Assembly: GCA_032718475.1 (NCBI GenBank) | Contig: JAUCBJ010002919.1 | Location: 1 to 64,000, forward strand | Direction: 5' to 3' | Length of the DNA stretch: 64,000 nt | DNA from: Nemertoderma westbladi | Taxonomy: Eukaryota; Animalia; Xenacoelomorpha | Shown: in pieces, positions 51,300-64,000 of the stretch | Layout: every line of letters begins with the position of its first letter | Numbering within the stretch: position 1 is the stretch's first letter | The notes under the pieces: generated by a model | The model's input: the letters and a program-made list of their open reading frames with translations, nothing else | Told to the model about the DNA's origin: nothing | Databases searched by the model: none | Program-made: the position numbers and the translations under genes

Positions 51300-51802
51300 G
51301 TACCGATACCGGTACCGTACCGGTACCGTACCGGTACCGCACCGGTACCGACCGGTACCGCACCGGTACCGTACCGGTACCGCACCGGTACCGACCGGTA
51401 CCGCACCGGTACCGCACCGGTACCGTACCGGTACCGCACCGGTACCGCACCGGTACCGTACCGGTACCGCACCGGTACCGCACCGGTACCGTACCGGTAC
51501 CGCACCGGTACCGTACCGGTACCGCACCGGTACCGACCGGTACCACACCGGTACCGCACCGGTACCGTACCGGTACCGCACCGGTACCGCACCGGTACCG
51601 TACCGGTACCGCACCGGTACCGCACCGGTACCGCACCGGTACCGACCGGTACCGCACCGGTACCGCACCGGTACCGCACCGGTACCGCACCGGTACCGAC
51701 CGGTACCGCACCGGTACCGCACCGGTACCGACCGGTACCGCACCGGTACCGCACCGGTACCGTACCGATACCGCACCGGTACCGCACCGGTACCGTACCG
51801 GT
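51300..51802. repeat. Minisatellite of 10-11 bp units ACCGGTACCG(C/T)
   Basis: About 45 tandem units built from overlapping palindromes ACCGGT and GGTACC. Confidence 0.95.
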
Positions 51803-53030
51803 AGCGCTATTACAATTATGGATATGTTTACAATTATTTAATTGCATCTAACATTGGAGATTGAGATAAAGCGTTTATAGTTTTCAATAAATTGTGCTAC
51901 TTGCTACAGCGTATCACACAGATCTCGCACCGGTTTGGTGGTTTGGTTTGGTACTATTACGACCGATAAATAACTAAACATAATAATCGGAAAAATGTGT
52001 CCCATGTGTAAAAAAGATACACATTTAGACAAAGCGATAGAAAAATACACAGTCATAGAAAAATACACAACGCAGAGACATAGAAAAATATTTATTTACA
52101 ATAACAATGTGGAGAAAATCGGTGTGGTAAATAAATAACAATAAAAATAAACGTAATGTAACGCATATATATAGATTATAATTTAGTCATTAAGATTGTA
52201 AGAATATATAAATTATATATATAATAATGAATATGAATATTTTAACTAACCACTAAAAACTCACTGAATTTCGGTTTATAACTTCAATTTATTAGTTCAA
52301 TAACTTAATACCGTTGATATTTTGTTACGTCATTTTGATAAATATACGTTATGTTTAATATTAACTTGACAGTATCCAAACTGCCCTGAGAGATATTAAT
52401 ATCTACACTAGGCCACCTTGCCTTATCGTTATCATCCCAAAATAAAAGCCTCAAACAAACTTCATTACTTGATAGGGCTAGTCACTACAGTGTTGTAGCG
52501 ACTGCCAGAGGGCTCATTGGATATTAAGCGACGATTTTGTCGTATAAGAAATCAAATTCGAAATGTTGCAAAATATGGTTGGTATATAAAGTAAAAACAT
52601 AATAAAGGTATTTTCAGTAAGCCTTTTAGATATCCTACGGATAAGGATAGGCCTAATATTATATATAGAAAAATAACAAATATAATCTTGTAATATGTAC
52701 AATCAATCATTCGCCGCATAAATAAAAACAAGCAATTTGACAACAGTCGTAGCGCAATACTTAGCAAAAGGTGGTAGCTGATTAGGAAAATCAATCATTC
52801 TTTTTTTTACTATTATTTTTGATTTCATACAAAATTAATTAATTGATTGAATATAAATTAAATATAAAGTTCTAGGAAAACCAATTGCTTGTTATTATTT
52901 AATCGGTTCAATGGCATACTATCCATTCATATTTAAAATGAAATATATACCTCAGGTAACCTGCATAAGAAATAAATTTATTCAAAGATTTCAACGAATT
53001 GTAATCTTTCTAACTACAATCTACATAGAT

Positions 53031-56003
53031 CTAGATTTCGGTGGATGTAATGTCAATATTATTGACGGCATCGGAATCATGATTAAGTTCAACGGTAGTG
53101 ATACTTACTCTATCGTCACCAATGGCAATATGATTAATATCAATGGGTGCGACAACCTTAGAACTGATAATTCGTTCTCTTTCTGAATATGTAACACATC
53201 CTCTAGAAAGCTCGGTATCGGTGTTAGATTCGAGAGGGGAGGATTTGGGGTCAAAATTTCCATCCGGAGATAGTAACGGGCCATCGAACGTAGGGTATGT
53301 TCGCAGACAAGTTGGTTGTTGGCCCTCTATTTCTTCCCCTTTATGAGTCGCAGTTTCAGGAGATTTCGGCAAATTATCTCGATCTGATTCTGAAGATGTA
53401 CCGGTACCTTCCGTGTGATTTTCGGTTATAACATCTGATTCCTCAGACGTAGCTTCATCAATATTTCCGGTGTTAACCACTGCTATTAGAGCAGAGGGTT
53501 TAGTTGTATGGTCTGATTCTAGCGATGTATGTTGTTGACTATCCGACGCATTCTCTGATTCTAAAGACTTAAGTTTTAGACTGTCATTTGAAAGCGTAGT
53601 CGACTCTTGAGATAAAATTATTAGACTCGCCGTGTGTTCCGATTCTTGATATGACAGATGACGATCCTCAATTTCATTTGATACAGGAATTGTAGTCTTT
53701 AAGTCAACAGCGTTCAAAATGCCGGCAGTAGAAGTCTCAACAAAATCATCATTCTTCCCCCTATTCGCAACATTAACCATATTAGCTGCGCTGCAGTATA
53801 CTACGTCCGTAGACGCATGCAGGTCAGGAGAAGGAGTGGAGATATTATAATTTCTATTACTTCTGAGACCCGCATTCCGATGCATGAATGACCCACTGGA
53901 AACACCCTCATCAGCTGAGCGATTCTTGTAGTCCGCTCCCTGGGGCGTCATTCCAGTTCCTGGCCGTCCTTTAGAAGTTAGGTTGTTCTCCACGTCGGCA
54001 TCAGTGTTAATTGATCTGTTATCATAAATCGCTACAGCGGTGGACGATTCGTAATAAGGAGATGTGCCGTCGAATACCCGCCCCTTTGAATCACGTGACA
54101 GTTCCCAGGTGGATAATAAATCATTCTCATCGACGAGTGTTATGCGCTCGTTACAAATAGCATCAAAAAGCGAATTAGTTGTTTCATCATCACTACCAAG
54201 GAAGTCCCGCGAAAAGCCGGATAAGCTCATATTTGCGTGGGATTCAACTGATATAGAAGGGATACTATTTCTATTGGGTAGCAAATCAACATCCTTAATT
54301 CCAAAATTATCAACAAATGTAGTAGAAAAACTTTGAAGTTGATAATCAGTAAACGCCTTTTGTACAGCAGGTTCAATAAAAACAACGCTGGGCGCCACAA
54401 AGTCCAAGTCTTCGTCATCTTCACTAGAAGAATGGTGACATAAAGAAGGATGAGACCCACCGAGAATACATGAATTAACTTTGTTTATTTCATTCAGATG
54501 GCCATTGATGAAGTCGAACCACTTAGCCTTTGTTTCAGCGCTTAATGATCCAATACGGGAAGTAAACACAGATGCTGCTGGACCTTTCTCACACTGATCT
54601 ACCACCATATTAGCTATTTTCCACAAATGACCTGAGAACCCAAAACCACTACTAGACATGTTGCTGCTCTGCTTTTCCATGTACGTTTCAAAACCTTTTA
54701 GGATATTTTGTATCAAACGGCATTCATCTAAAAGATGAAGTAACAAGCAATGGTTACCATTAGTTTCCCACTGCGCAGTAAAAATAGCTTGAAATATGTT
54801 CACAACCTGGGTGTGTAGAAAATTGTTCAATGGGAAGTCAAAAAACGAAGACCACAGCATGAGAATAATATTACTGTCTTTTAGCTTGACTTGAAATTCA
54901 TACGGGACATCGGGTTGTTGCATCATTATCGCTGTAAGTTTAGCAATAGACAATCTTGTTGGCCCCAGTGGGATGTAGTTATGATGTATAATATTAGTCG
55001 CATTAGGTGGGTTGGATAGTATATCGGATATAGATTTCAGATAAGGTGAAAATGCGTCAATTGTGGTAATATCAAGAGGGGAAATAATATTAGATTTATC
55101 ACTATCACCACTATCATATGGTAAACCTAGATCAGATCTGTAGACCGAAATCTCCAGCAAAACTAAAAGAACACCAATCCCATTTGTTATTATAGATTCA
55201 GTTTGTTTCTCAGAGTCACCAAAGATCCGATGTAGTAATTCCTCTACAGTAGATTGGCTTTCCAATGTTGCTAAGAGACAATTGACCTCAACTTTGGTAA
55301 CGTAATTGTAGAAATGGTCACGGCTAAATCGTATTATTTCCTGCAAACACTGGCTGGCATTACTGTGGGAATCTTCACTTTCATTAGAATCAAGTACTCC
55401 TATTAATATTGTAATTAAATTTTGACTATTTAACCACTGAAGCACTTCTTCGAGAAATAGGTCAGAGGCAGGAACACATGAAAGGCAGCGCAATAATAAA
55501 TCCATGATTGAAGACGTTGCAATATGATAAACAATTTTCTCAATAGGGCGTTCTTGGACTTTAAGGAAATCTAACACAGACTGCGGATTGTGCTGCAGCA
55601 TGACACCAAATAATTTCGAAAAATAGCTGGCAAGCAAAGGATTCAATGGCCGTTCTGTGGATAAAAATGTCCACACCTCAGAAATAATATCTGTACGAAT
55701 AAGTTTATCATTGATAATGCTGATATCCGTGGTCAATATTTCACAAGCTATATTGGTCCATTTATACTTTAAACATTCATCAACATCTTTTCCAACTTCA
55801 GGCTCGGTCAGAGCGAGTTTAAGAAGTTCTAGTATATTAATATCTTGAGAAATAAATTCAATCAATTTAGTATTATGAATTCTACATTCTTGCAATATAT
55901 CATCATCACCAATAAGTTCATGCAATGACAAATCAACCCTTTGAAGCATTGAATCAATGTTACTACTCCTAGGGGACTCAAATTTTCCTGAATTCCAAAA
56001 CAT
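53031..56003 (-). CDS. PPP6R3: Protein phosphatase 6 regulatory subunit (SAPS/SIT4-associated family, PPP6R1/2/3-like), 990 aa, intronless CDS
   Basis: N-terminus MFW...IDSMLQRVDLSLHELIGDDDILQECRIHNTKLIEFI, plus KYKWTNIACEILT, LNPLLASYFSK, PLGPTRL, NNFLHTQV and GHLWKIAN, match conserved SAPS motifs. Low-complexity acidic/Ser-rich C-terminus. Paralog assignment is nominal. Confidence 0.93.
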   Translation of the reverse strand: MFWNSGKFESPRSSNIDSMLQRVDLSLHELIGDDDILQECRIHNTKLIEFISQDINILELLKLALTEPEVGKDVDECLKYKWTNIACEILTTDISIINDKLIRTDIISEVWTFLSTERPLNPLLASYFSKLFGVMLQHNPQSVLDFLKVQERPIEKIVYHIATSSIMDLLLRCLSCVPASDLFLEEVLQWLNSQNLITILIGVLDSNESEDSHSNASQCLQEIIRFSRDHFYNYVTKVEVNCLLATLESQSTVEELLHRIFGDSEKQTESIITNGIGVLLVLLEISVYRSDLGLPYDSGDSDKSNIISPLDITTIDAFSPYLKSISDILSNPPNATNIIHHNYIPLGPTRLSIAKLTAIMMQQPDVPYEFQVKLKDSNIILMLWSSFFDFPLNNFLHTQVVNIFQAIFTAQWETNGNHCLLLHLLDECRLIQNILKGFETYMEKQSSNMSSSGFGFSGHLWKIANMVVDQCEKGPAASVFTSRIGSLSAETKAKWFDFINGHLNEINKVNSCILGGSHPSLCHHSSSEDDEDLDFVAPSVVFIEPAVQKAFTDYQLQSFSTTFVDNFGIKDVDLLPNRNSIPSISVESHANMSLSGFSRDFLGSDDETTNSLFDAICNERITLVDENDLLSTWELSRDSKGRVFDGTSPYYESSTAVAIYDNRSINTDADVENNLTSKGRPGTGMTPQGADYKNRSADEGVSSGSFMHRNAGLRSNRNYNISTPSPDLHASTDVVYCSAANMVNVANRGKNDDFVETSTAGILNAVDLKTTIPVSNEIEDRHLSYQESEHTASLIILSQESTTLSNDSLKLKSLESENASDSQQHTSLESDHTTKPSALIAVVNTGNIDEATSEESDVITENHTEGTGTSSESDRDNLPKSPETATHKGEEIEGQQPTCLRTYPTFDGPLLSPDGNFDPKSSPLESNTDTELSRGCVTYSERERIISSKVVAPIDINHIAIGDDRVSITTVELNHDSDAVNNIDITSTEI

Positions 56004-56486
56004 TGTTGAAGGAAGAAGGTAAGATAAATACGATGTTTATTCCGCGTAATAGACCCGAATATATATAAATATATAAGCGTATAGCATAGCTGTATGGTAT
56101 TGTGTATCACAGTATTAGGCCTACGTCACTCAATAATTTCAACAGTCAGACACGTAGGTTGGTCAAAGAAAACTTTTCCGAATTTCAACTCAGTTCGCAT
56201 CGCACATCAGATGTCATCAAATGGGCCCAAACTTTGATAGATACCAAAATTTCGATTTGGGGATGACAGGAACTGCCACGGCAGCAAGGGTACGGCAGAC
56301 GGCTGCACGGGCCAAATGCAGTAGGCCTAATGCTGTAATGCCATACCCTGACCCGGGGCCGGGACCCGTACCGGTAATGCTGTAGGCCTACTCCCTATCT
56401 GCCTATTCTGCTATTGAAAATATTTAAATGTACGCCGAACACGTTCGGCGCAGGATTTAAACTTGCGCCGGGAGCGGGAGCGGGCT

Positions 56487-59400
56487 CAGTAAGGGAAAAT
56501 ACCCCGAATCGGGGCATAGAGGCAAACCCCGATTCTGGGTTTTGTAATGCCCCGATTCTGGGGTCTCCCATAGACATTTTTTCTCCTTAATTTCCGCATG
56601 TAAGATTTTAATTCCGCAATTTCGTTTTAACATATTCGAATACACATTTATATGTTCTACAAATAAGAAAACTTTGGAGTAATAATGAAATCTTCCGGCT
56701 TCAATATTGTACCGGAAAATCTAATGTAAATTGTACCCCGAATCAGGGTATCCAGGACTCCCTGTACCCCGAATCGGGGCTTGCGATATTTTCATACAGC
56801 CTGCAGAGCACCGATTCGGGGTCAATATTTTCTAGTACACCGATTCAGGAATTCAATTTTCTCGAAAATACACCGAATCGGCTCTTTTTTTCCACTCAGA
56901 CACCGATTCGGTGTATATTTTCTAGTCGTTATTTATATTTTTCAATGGATTTCCTGATGTAATTTATATTTTAATTAGAATTAATATTATATAAAGTAAC
57001 AAATTAATTAAAATATTTAATATATTTGCGATGCGAGTATATTTGATGATTTCATATTGTATTATTGTTAGTTATTAATTATTATACGTACTTTGTCATT
57101 GTAATTAATGTATACTACGTTTTAGTGCTTATTGTTAGACAAATTGCAATTATATCTATATATAATATTATGTGCTATGATGTACTATAATAATATTATA
57201 ACTATAATACTATAATAATAATATAATGACAGTCAATGTGTTAACTGGGATGGCTCTCCTAATGTCTGTCTCAGTGGGCAATGGAGAATAGTGTGCTATG
57301 GAAAGTATTAAGTAATAACGAATCTGCCTTTTTGTATGAAGTTGGAGGCTGAAAGAAATTTGGGATCTATCTATCTATGTGGCGGGCTGGAGGGCCTTGT
57401 TTGTCCACAAAATGGCTTGGCCGCACGAGCATTTAATGAAACACTGTGAAACAGGTATCGAATGAAATGTTCTCTAGTTGGTGAAAAAAAAAGTTTGAAA
57501 ATCTTAGACCAAAGGGTGTCGAGAAATTGACATGTATTGGCTTTTTGCACAAAATACTCATTTCAGCTGATTTTCAGCGGTTCTACAAGTGGGAACTAAT
57601 TATTTTACATGGTAAGAATAACTTATTCTTATATAAATATTAAATTGCTAGTCTCTAATCTCTATAACCCATTCCATCAAAGTCTTTAATTAATTTAAGA
57701 AATTAATGTTAAGAATGCATGTTTTTAATTGATTGAAATGATTTAAGTGATATTTATTGTTGAATTATCCACGCTGGACACATATTTCCATAGACCACTA
57801 TTATAGGTAGATTAGCCTTCTTAATTCAGCCTAGCTAGAACTCCATCTTGCTTGCTTCCATCCAATCACAGACTAATAACTGAATAACTACCTACTATTA
57901 TCTACTGAATATGAATAATGTATTGACAATAGATATCATATTGCCGGCAGGTTCAACGAACTGTGTTTATTACACGAACGGATTACGTGGTAAACATTAA
58001 ACAACTGTAACATAGTGTATGGATGATATAAATCAAATATAATATTGAGGGTCTTTCTGTCTTTAGCTGGTTTATATTATATTAATTAAAGATAACACTA
58101 GTAAACGTTTTCAACGGTTTCTGCATCAGACTATTATCTTTCTGTCTTAAATTAATATAATAAACCAGCTAAAGACCCTCAATATTTTATTTCATTTCTA
58201 TCATCCATACACTGTGTTTATTACCTGATTTATTTGTAAGCTATTTCCCACGGTGTTAGTTGATCAGAGTGGCTATTTGGACGAGCCATAAAGGCAGCCA
58301 AGACGCATTTACAATTAGCATAATGGTTATTCCTCGGGCCGAGCCGCAAACGGTGTTGTGAGACATTAGCAAAAAAAATAAAGTGAAAAATAAAATTAAA
58401 ATTAAAAAAAAAATAAAATAAGATTTAAAAAAATATGATTTTTGATTGATTATTTATTACAAATACATTATAATAATTAAAAAGGGTAATAAATTTCGCT
58501 ATTTAAGAAAGCCATATCGATCCGATGAAGCCGAGTCGAACTGATGGAGCCGAGTCGAACCTATCGAGCTGAGTTGAACCTATCGAGCTGAGACAAACCT
58601 ATCGAGCCAAGTTGAACCTATCGAACCGAGTCGAACCCATCAAGCCGAGTCACACCAATTGAGCCAGATCAAGATGAGTCAGACCGTTTGAGCCGAGCCG
58701 AACCTATTGAGCCAAGTCGAACCTATTGAGCCGTGTCGAACCCATTGAGCAGAGTCGAACTGATTGAGCCGGATCATGCCGTCTTGGACCGATTGAGCTG
58801 GAACGAACCTGTCGAGTGGGACTGATAGTGCCGAACGTATCGAGCTGAGTCAAACTTATCAAGCCGTGTCAAACCTATCGAGCCGAGTCAAACCTAAGGA
58901 GCCGAGTCGAACTGATCGAACCAAGTCGAACCGAGTCAAACTGATCGAGCCAGATCAATTGGAGACGAACCAATTGAGCTGAATCGAACCGATCAAGCCA
59001 TGTCGAACCAATCAAGCCAAGTCGAACCATGATCGAGCCGAGTCGAACCATGATCGAGCCGAGTCGAACCATGATCGAGCCGAGTCGAACCATGATCGAG
59101 CCGAGTCGAACCAATCGAGCCAAGTTTAACTGATTGAGCCGAGTCGAACTGATTGAGCCGAGTAAATAGGCTTATGTAAGTATGTATGTGCACAATATTG
59201 GCTGTATGTATGTACATATTGACATTGGCCCTAGCACCTAGCTGATAGCAGGACAGGCCATTAGAGTTTGTAATAGGCTTCCAGTAATGATTGGAACCTA
59301 GATATTGTCTGCATGCTGGTGCCACCCATACCAGGGCAATAGATTTGTCTGCATGGTCACTCAGGGTACTAGTTTGATGGGCAGGTACGTTTAAAGCCAG

Positions 59401-60170
59401 CTTGCTGGCCTTCTAGTTGAGTTGATGTAAAGGACAAGGCTATACATGGCAATAATAATAAGATCAATTTGTATTCTATTTATTTTAGTTAGATTACCCA
59501 TAGCCTCGTTTAACATTGCTGCCTAGTTGAATTAGTCTGCCGCCCAACCTCAACAGCAACGCCGAGTAAAGCCAGGAAATCAGGAATGCTTATAAATTTA
59601 ATCAGTCTAAATAAAACAAAATATAAAAGCAGAAGCAATATTCCATTCCAATATTGGATTCCAACGCAAACAAAAAGGTTCAAAGCAAGAATGACTTTCA
59701 TCAAGTACACAATAATTAATTAATCTATAAAGTCGTAAAATGAAATTAACTCAGGATTGATTTTATTTTACCACACTTTTAGTGACAAGAGTCATTTATT
59801 AGAATCGTATGTTAAAATCAACGCCAGGAATTGCGCCATAATATTCAATATTACAGTATTATATGTACACAAACACAACATAGCGCCAATCGGCACTCTG
59901 TCAGCCAGTGCCAATGAAGAATAGCCATTGCAATCATAATATGATTGATTGACAGGTTCCACTTGACAGATTTCACAGGGAACTAAATAACTCCTATACC
60001 CTGATTCGGGGTATACCTAATTTTTTCCGCTGCCTGGAGATTTTCTAGTAGAACACCAATTCGGGGTATACCTTTCTACTGAAAATCTCGAATCGGTGTC
60101 ACTATTTTCCACTATAACACCGATTCTGGGTATAGAGCAGTACCCCAATTCGGGGTATTTTCCCTTACTG
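56487..60170. mobile_element. 3.7 kb non-autonomous DNA transposon with a 5-bp TSD
   Basis: TIR CAGTAAGGGAAAATACCCCGAAT...ATTCGGGGTATTTTCCCTTACTG. TSD GGGCT at 56482-56486 and 60171-60175. Multiple CCCCGAATCGGGG-type subterminal palindromes at both ends. No transposase ORF. Confidence 0.88.
58520..59165 (+). repeat. Degenerate 20-22 bp tandem repeat (ATCGAGCCGAGTCGAACC..)
   Basis: About 30 units, most regular at 59020-59120. Confidence 0.9.
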
Positions 60171-62599
60171 GGGCTGGCTGGCACAGAAATGTTCAGCCCC
60201 AGCATAGCATTGGCGTAGCATTACCAAGCAGCCAAGGACAGACTGACAGAAGGAAAGGACCAAGCCGGCGCAGGATTTTTTGCACTTGGCAGTCGGGGAG
60301 CCATTTCTGTATTTTCAACTGAGTTGAAAATCAAATTTATTTTTTAAAATTCAACTTTTTATTAAAATTCAACTTTTGGAGTAGGCTACTACGTACTAGC
60401 AGACTAGACAGCTACCGGCTGACCGGTACCGGTAGTGCGGTAGTTTAAAATTCACCTTTTTTAAAAATTCAAATTTTGGAGTAGGGCCTAGCTTTGCAGC
60501 TTTGGACTGTTCTTGGAAATAATGAAATAAGGAATTGGAACCCATTACTGCATTAGTCTGTTAGTCATGGTAGCAGGCCTATTCCATTATAATAACAATA
60601 ATTAGGCCTATGACATTCAGCGGTAATTTACAGATTTAATACCGGGCTGCCGGGTACATCTAAAAAATTCCTGTAGTATTTCAGTATTTCAGCTACCCGG
60701 TTGCGGTAGGACTACCCCAAACCAGCTAACAGCCTAATTTGCAAATGTAACCACTTAAAATGTTTTAAATAAAAGTATTCCCGACGGTGAAAGTTTTTAT
60801 TCCATTGGTAATGAGGGTCAATTTTTCGAATTACGGTACCGGTCAGCCGGTGGCCGGTCTGTCGGTACATCAATAAAAACAATTAAAACAAAACACCCCT
60901 TACAGCCTTATGTCACGTCTTGGGCAGTTGGGGGCCTTCTGCAGTTCTGCATGTTCTGCCTGCCTGCCATTTTACAGTTTTAGAGTTGAATTTACAACCT
61001 GACAACTTCTGAACTTAAGGCCTAAAAGTTGAACTTAAAAAAAAGTTGTAGGCCTACAGGCCTACCGGTCTGCCGGTATATTTCAACTCAGTTGAAATTT
61101 GAACTTCTCCTCTCCCCAACTGCTTGGCAGCTTGGCGCCGCGTTCTGGCAGTCTGGCGCTCGGCGCAGAAAATAAAACTTTTCAATAGGTAGCCTAGATA
61201 GGCTGTAATGTAATGGTAACGTGCAGACGTCTGGACCCGGCTGCCCGGTACTCTGTAACTGCATAGGCCTAATCTAGTAGGCTAGCTGTACAGCTGTACA
61301 CTTTACAGCGAGGCAGCTGTACCTGTCAGCCTGTAATGCAGTACAGACGTGCCGGTTGCCGGTACCGCGGTACCGGAGTTTAATCTGTAGGCCTAGCTGC
61401 CTAGTCTGTAGTCCAGTCAGCCAGTGGTCTGCTAGCAGGCTACCGCCAGACCGCAGTGCAGTACCGGGCAGCCGGGTACCGTAGTTCATTAAAAAAACGA
61501 ATGTACCGGTAATCAAAATAAAATGATTCCCGGTCAGCCGGTAGGCCCTATTAAAAAAACTAATGTTTGTCAGTTAGTTCAGTTTCAGTAGTTGTCCTGT
61601 TGTCTCTTACATCTTAGTCTCTGTATCTTCTTATTTCAGTATTTCAGTTTTTGAGCTACCGGTGACCGGCTGACCGTGGACCGGTAGAGTCTGGCTCATG
61701 CCTGCATGCTACCTGTCCTATACTGCTATATAGTATATACGGTACTGCTATAGGCTGATAGGCCTATGCAGATACTGAAAAGCAGATCTGAGACATGCCT
61801 AATTATTCATAATTACTGAATTAGCTGATTCCGGATTCGTGATCTGCTGATAAGTGATAAGAAGACATGACGTGAGAGTAACAAGTAATCCCACAAGCGT
61901 AAGCTTGTGTAACCATAACCTACTCGTAGGCTACGCGTAAGCGCAGGCGATGAAAAGCAGTTTCGACTAGTTACATTTTTGCGTAGCAGCGTAGTGCTGT
62001 AGAGACCAATGAATTAAGTCTGGGCACGAGCTACCGCAATGCAGAGCCACAACGACATGCGTCGAGTATAGGGATATACAGTTATACCGACCCATACCCA
62101 CCTAATACCGGGACCTGCCGACCTGTCTGCCGTACCGCGCTATCACCAACCTACTGTATAAATTGGCTACTAAATATGACTCTTTATTTTAACCAGTAAA
62201 GATTTTTTGTAGTGAAATTATCTGATTATTGTTGCCCGTAGCCGTAAGTGTGCCTGCGAGTAATGTTCTCCTTTTTATTTCATTTTATATGTTAAACATA
62301 GATTAATAAAGGAGTGTTTTTTACTTTTATTATTATGTATAGCTTCGCCAGCTCCTCCGAATGCCGAGAAAGATCAGATCAGAACCCCGGGTTGCGCGAA
62401 CCGCGCTCCCGGTACATAGAAGCAGACTACACGTCGATCTCGACGTGTAGTCTGCCCCCGGTTAGACCCTAACCGAGTCCGAACCGAGTCAGTTCTCAAG
62501 ATATAGGCGTTGTTACGGCGATCATGCAGCAAACCTGGGGACCTCTTAATACCGCATCGCGAAGAGAGTTCTAAAGTTCCGTGGTTCATCATCCTGGTG

Positions 62600-64000
62600 C
62601 ATATTCGATTTCCTTTGCACATTAAAATATTCACGTATCCGACGATGTTTGACGCTAAATGCTGAGTATCTTAGGCTGTAGACGTCCTGCGTTCCTTTGC
62701 GTTGATGATATCCATCCAATTAGGAACATTGGTTATTGAACCACGAATTACATCCTTTGAGTATTCATGGTTAAGTGGGGAAATTGGCTGTGGGACTGGA
62801 TAACACTGGACGCATTTTGAGTATGCTATGCTGAGCCAGCAGTCATAATATGTCTTAGAACCATCATTTCCCTCATGCCAGATTATACTCCGTATAATGT
62901 AGTGGAGAGGGATAATAGGGCAGTTTGTAATGCGCATAATCAGACCGGCGGCCGCTCTATAAACTTTCTGCACTTATAGAATTTGTTTTCACCAGATGGT
63001 AGATACATCCATTCGAGACATAGTTTCCAACCATGAATAAGCCACGTAAAGTTTTCCTATAATAAGCATCAAGTTGAGCAGAGTGTTTGTCACTTAATCC
63101 AGCAGTCAGTCAGGAAAACGAAAGTATATACTGTAGTAGCGACGGCAATGCAAATGTATTCCATAGTTTTGAAATTTCTTCAGCATTACACCAGCGCGAG
63201 TTCCATCCCAGCTTGTGGAATCTTTCTGACATAATTGTTATGGCTTTCAGGCATTCTCTGAAGCAGTTGACGGAGGAGCTTGATGCATATAGCTTATGAC
63301 CTAGAAAATTTGTTTTCATCCAGTGTGTTTTTGAATTTTCTATTCGTAGATCTATAGAGGTTAGACCAGTTTCAATGGTTCCAACCATGGGTTCTATTGA
63401 AGAGGGCATGGTACTCAACAGTAAAATGTCATCGGCAAAGGATATGCACCCTGCCCATATCCTATATGCAGTACAGCCCAACTGTAGTTGCTTTACAGCA
63501 CATAATACATCCTTCATATAGTAATTGAATAATAAGGGTGATAACAGTGACCCCTGCTTTATACCCTTAGTCATAATCAATCCAATATGTCGATTTCTGT
63601 CCCGAACTTTAAATACGCAAGACCAATGGAATAGTAGTCCAGCAAGAGTAATGATATATAGGGATTCATCGTATTGGCCAGTTTGCTGATGAGGGTAACA
63701 TGATTCACATTGTCGAAGGCTCCTTCTATATCCAGTTGACAGACATATAATCCTGACCCTTGCTGGTGATAGTAATCCATTATTTCTAGCACCGTTGCTA
63801 CAGTATTACCATATCAGGCCCTTTTCTTGGCTTATAAGCCCACACTGTAAGTCATCACTATCCACATTGCCCATATAGTGCTGTGCGATGATTGACTCAA
63901 ACATCTTCGCAAAAATACATATTGAACTAACGGGTCGGTATGAGCTGGGATCATTTCTCTGTTTACCCTTACCCTTATATAGACTGCTAATTACGGTGTT
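62600..64000 (-). mobile_element. Frameshifted LINE RT fragment (RTEX/L2/CR1-group), continuing beyond the right edge
   Basis: YRPVS, QLDIEGAFDNVNH, GIKQGSLLSPLLFNYYM and CISFADDILLLS motifs split across frames. Confidence 0.85.

Noticed and set aside
51178-51851. YRTGTAPVP-repeat ORFs on both strands
   Set aside because: Artefact of a stop-free palindromic minisatellite.
59220-59430. Possible decayed CRE C-terminal fragment (ASWL..LPIK..YGW-like) on the minus strand
   Set aside because: Needs several frameshifts; too degraded to support without an alignment.

Overview
Eukaryotic DNA, most likely from an invertebrate animal, and almost entirely transposon-derived. Bases 1-19134 hold two related BEL/Pao-type LTR retrotransposons arranged head-to-head. 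Copy A (minus strand) runs off the left edge. Copy B (7340-19134) is complete, with ~1.2 kb near-identical LTRs and a TCATG target-site duplication, but it lacks RT and the integrase core. Neither copy has a recognisable tRNA primer-binding site; both carry a run of covarying RNA hairpins at the LTR 3' end. Copy B also has a long G-U-rich stem-loop in front of a decayed extra ORF. The rest of the window contains a CRE-like LINE fragment, several MITEs with verifiable TSDs, a second BEL/Pao relic, a Gypsy relic, RTE-like and other LINE fragments, and a ~4 kb (GACT)n microsatellite. Two host coding units are visible: the last exon of a probable GPI-anchored Cys-rich protein (27542-27869) and an intronless PPP6R/SAPS-family gene (53031-56003, minus). 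No rRNA, tRNA or CRISPR array was seen. All alignments and identities were done by eye and are approximate.
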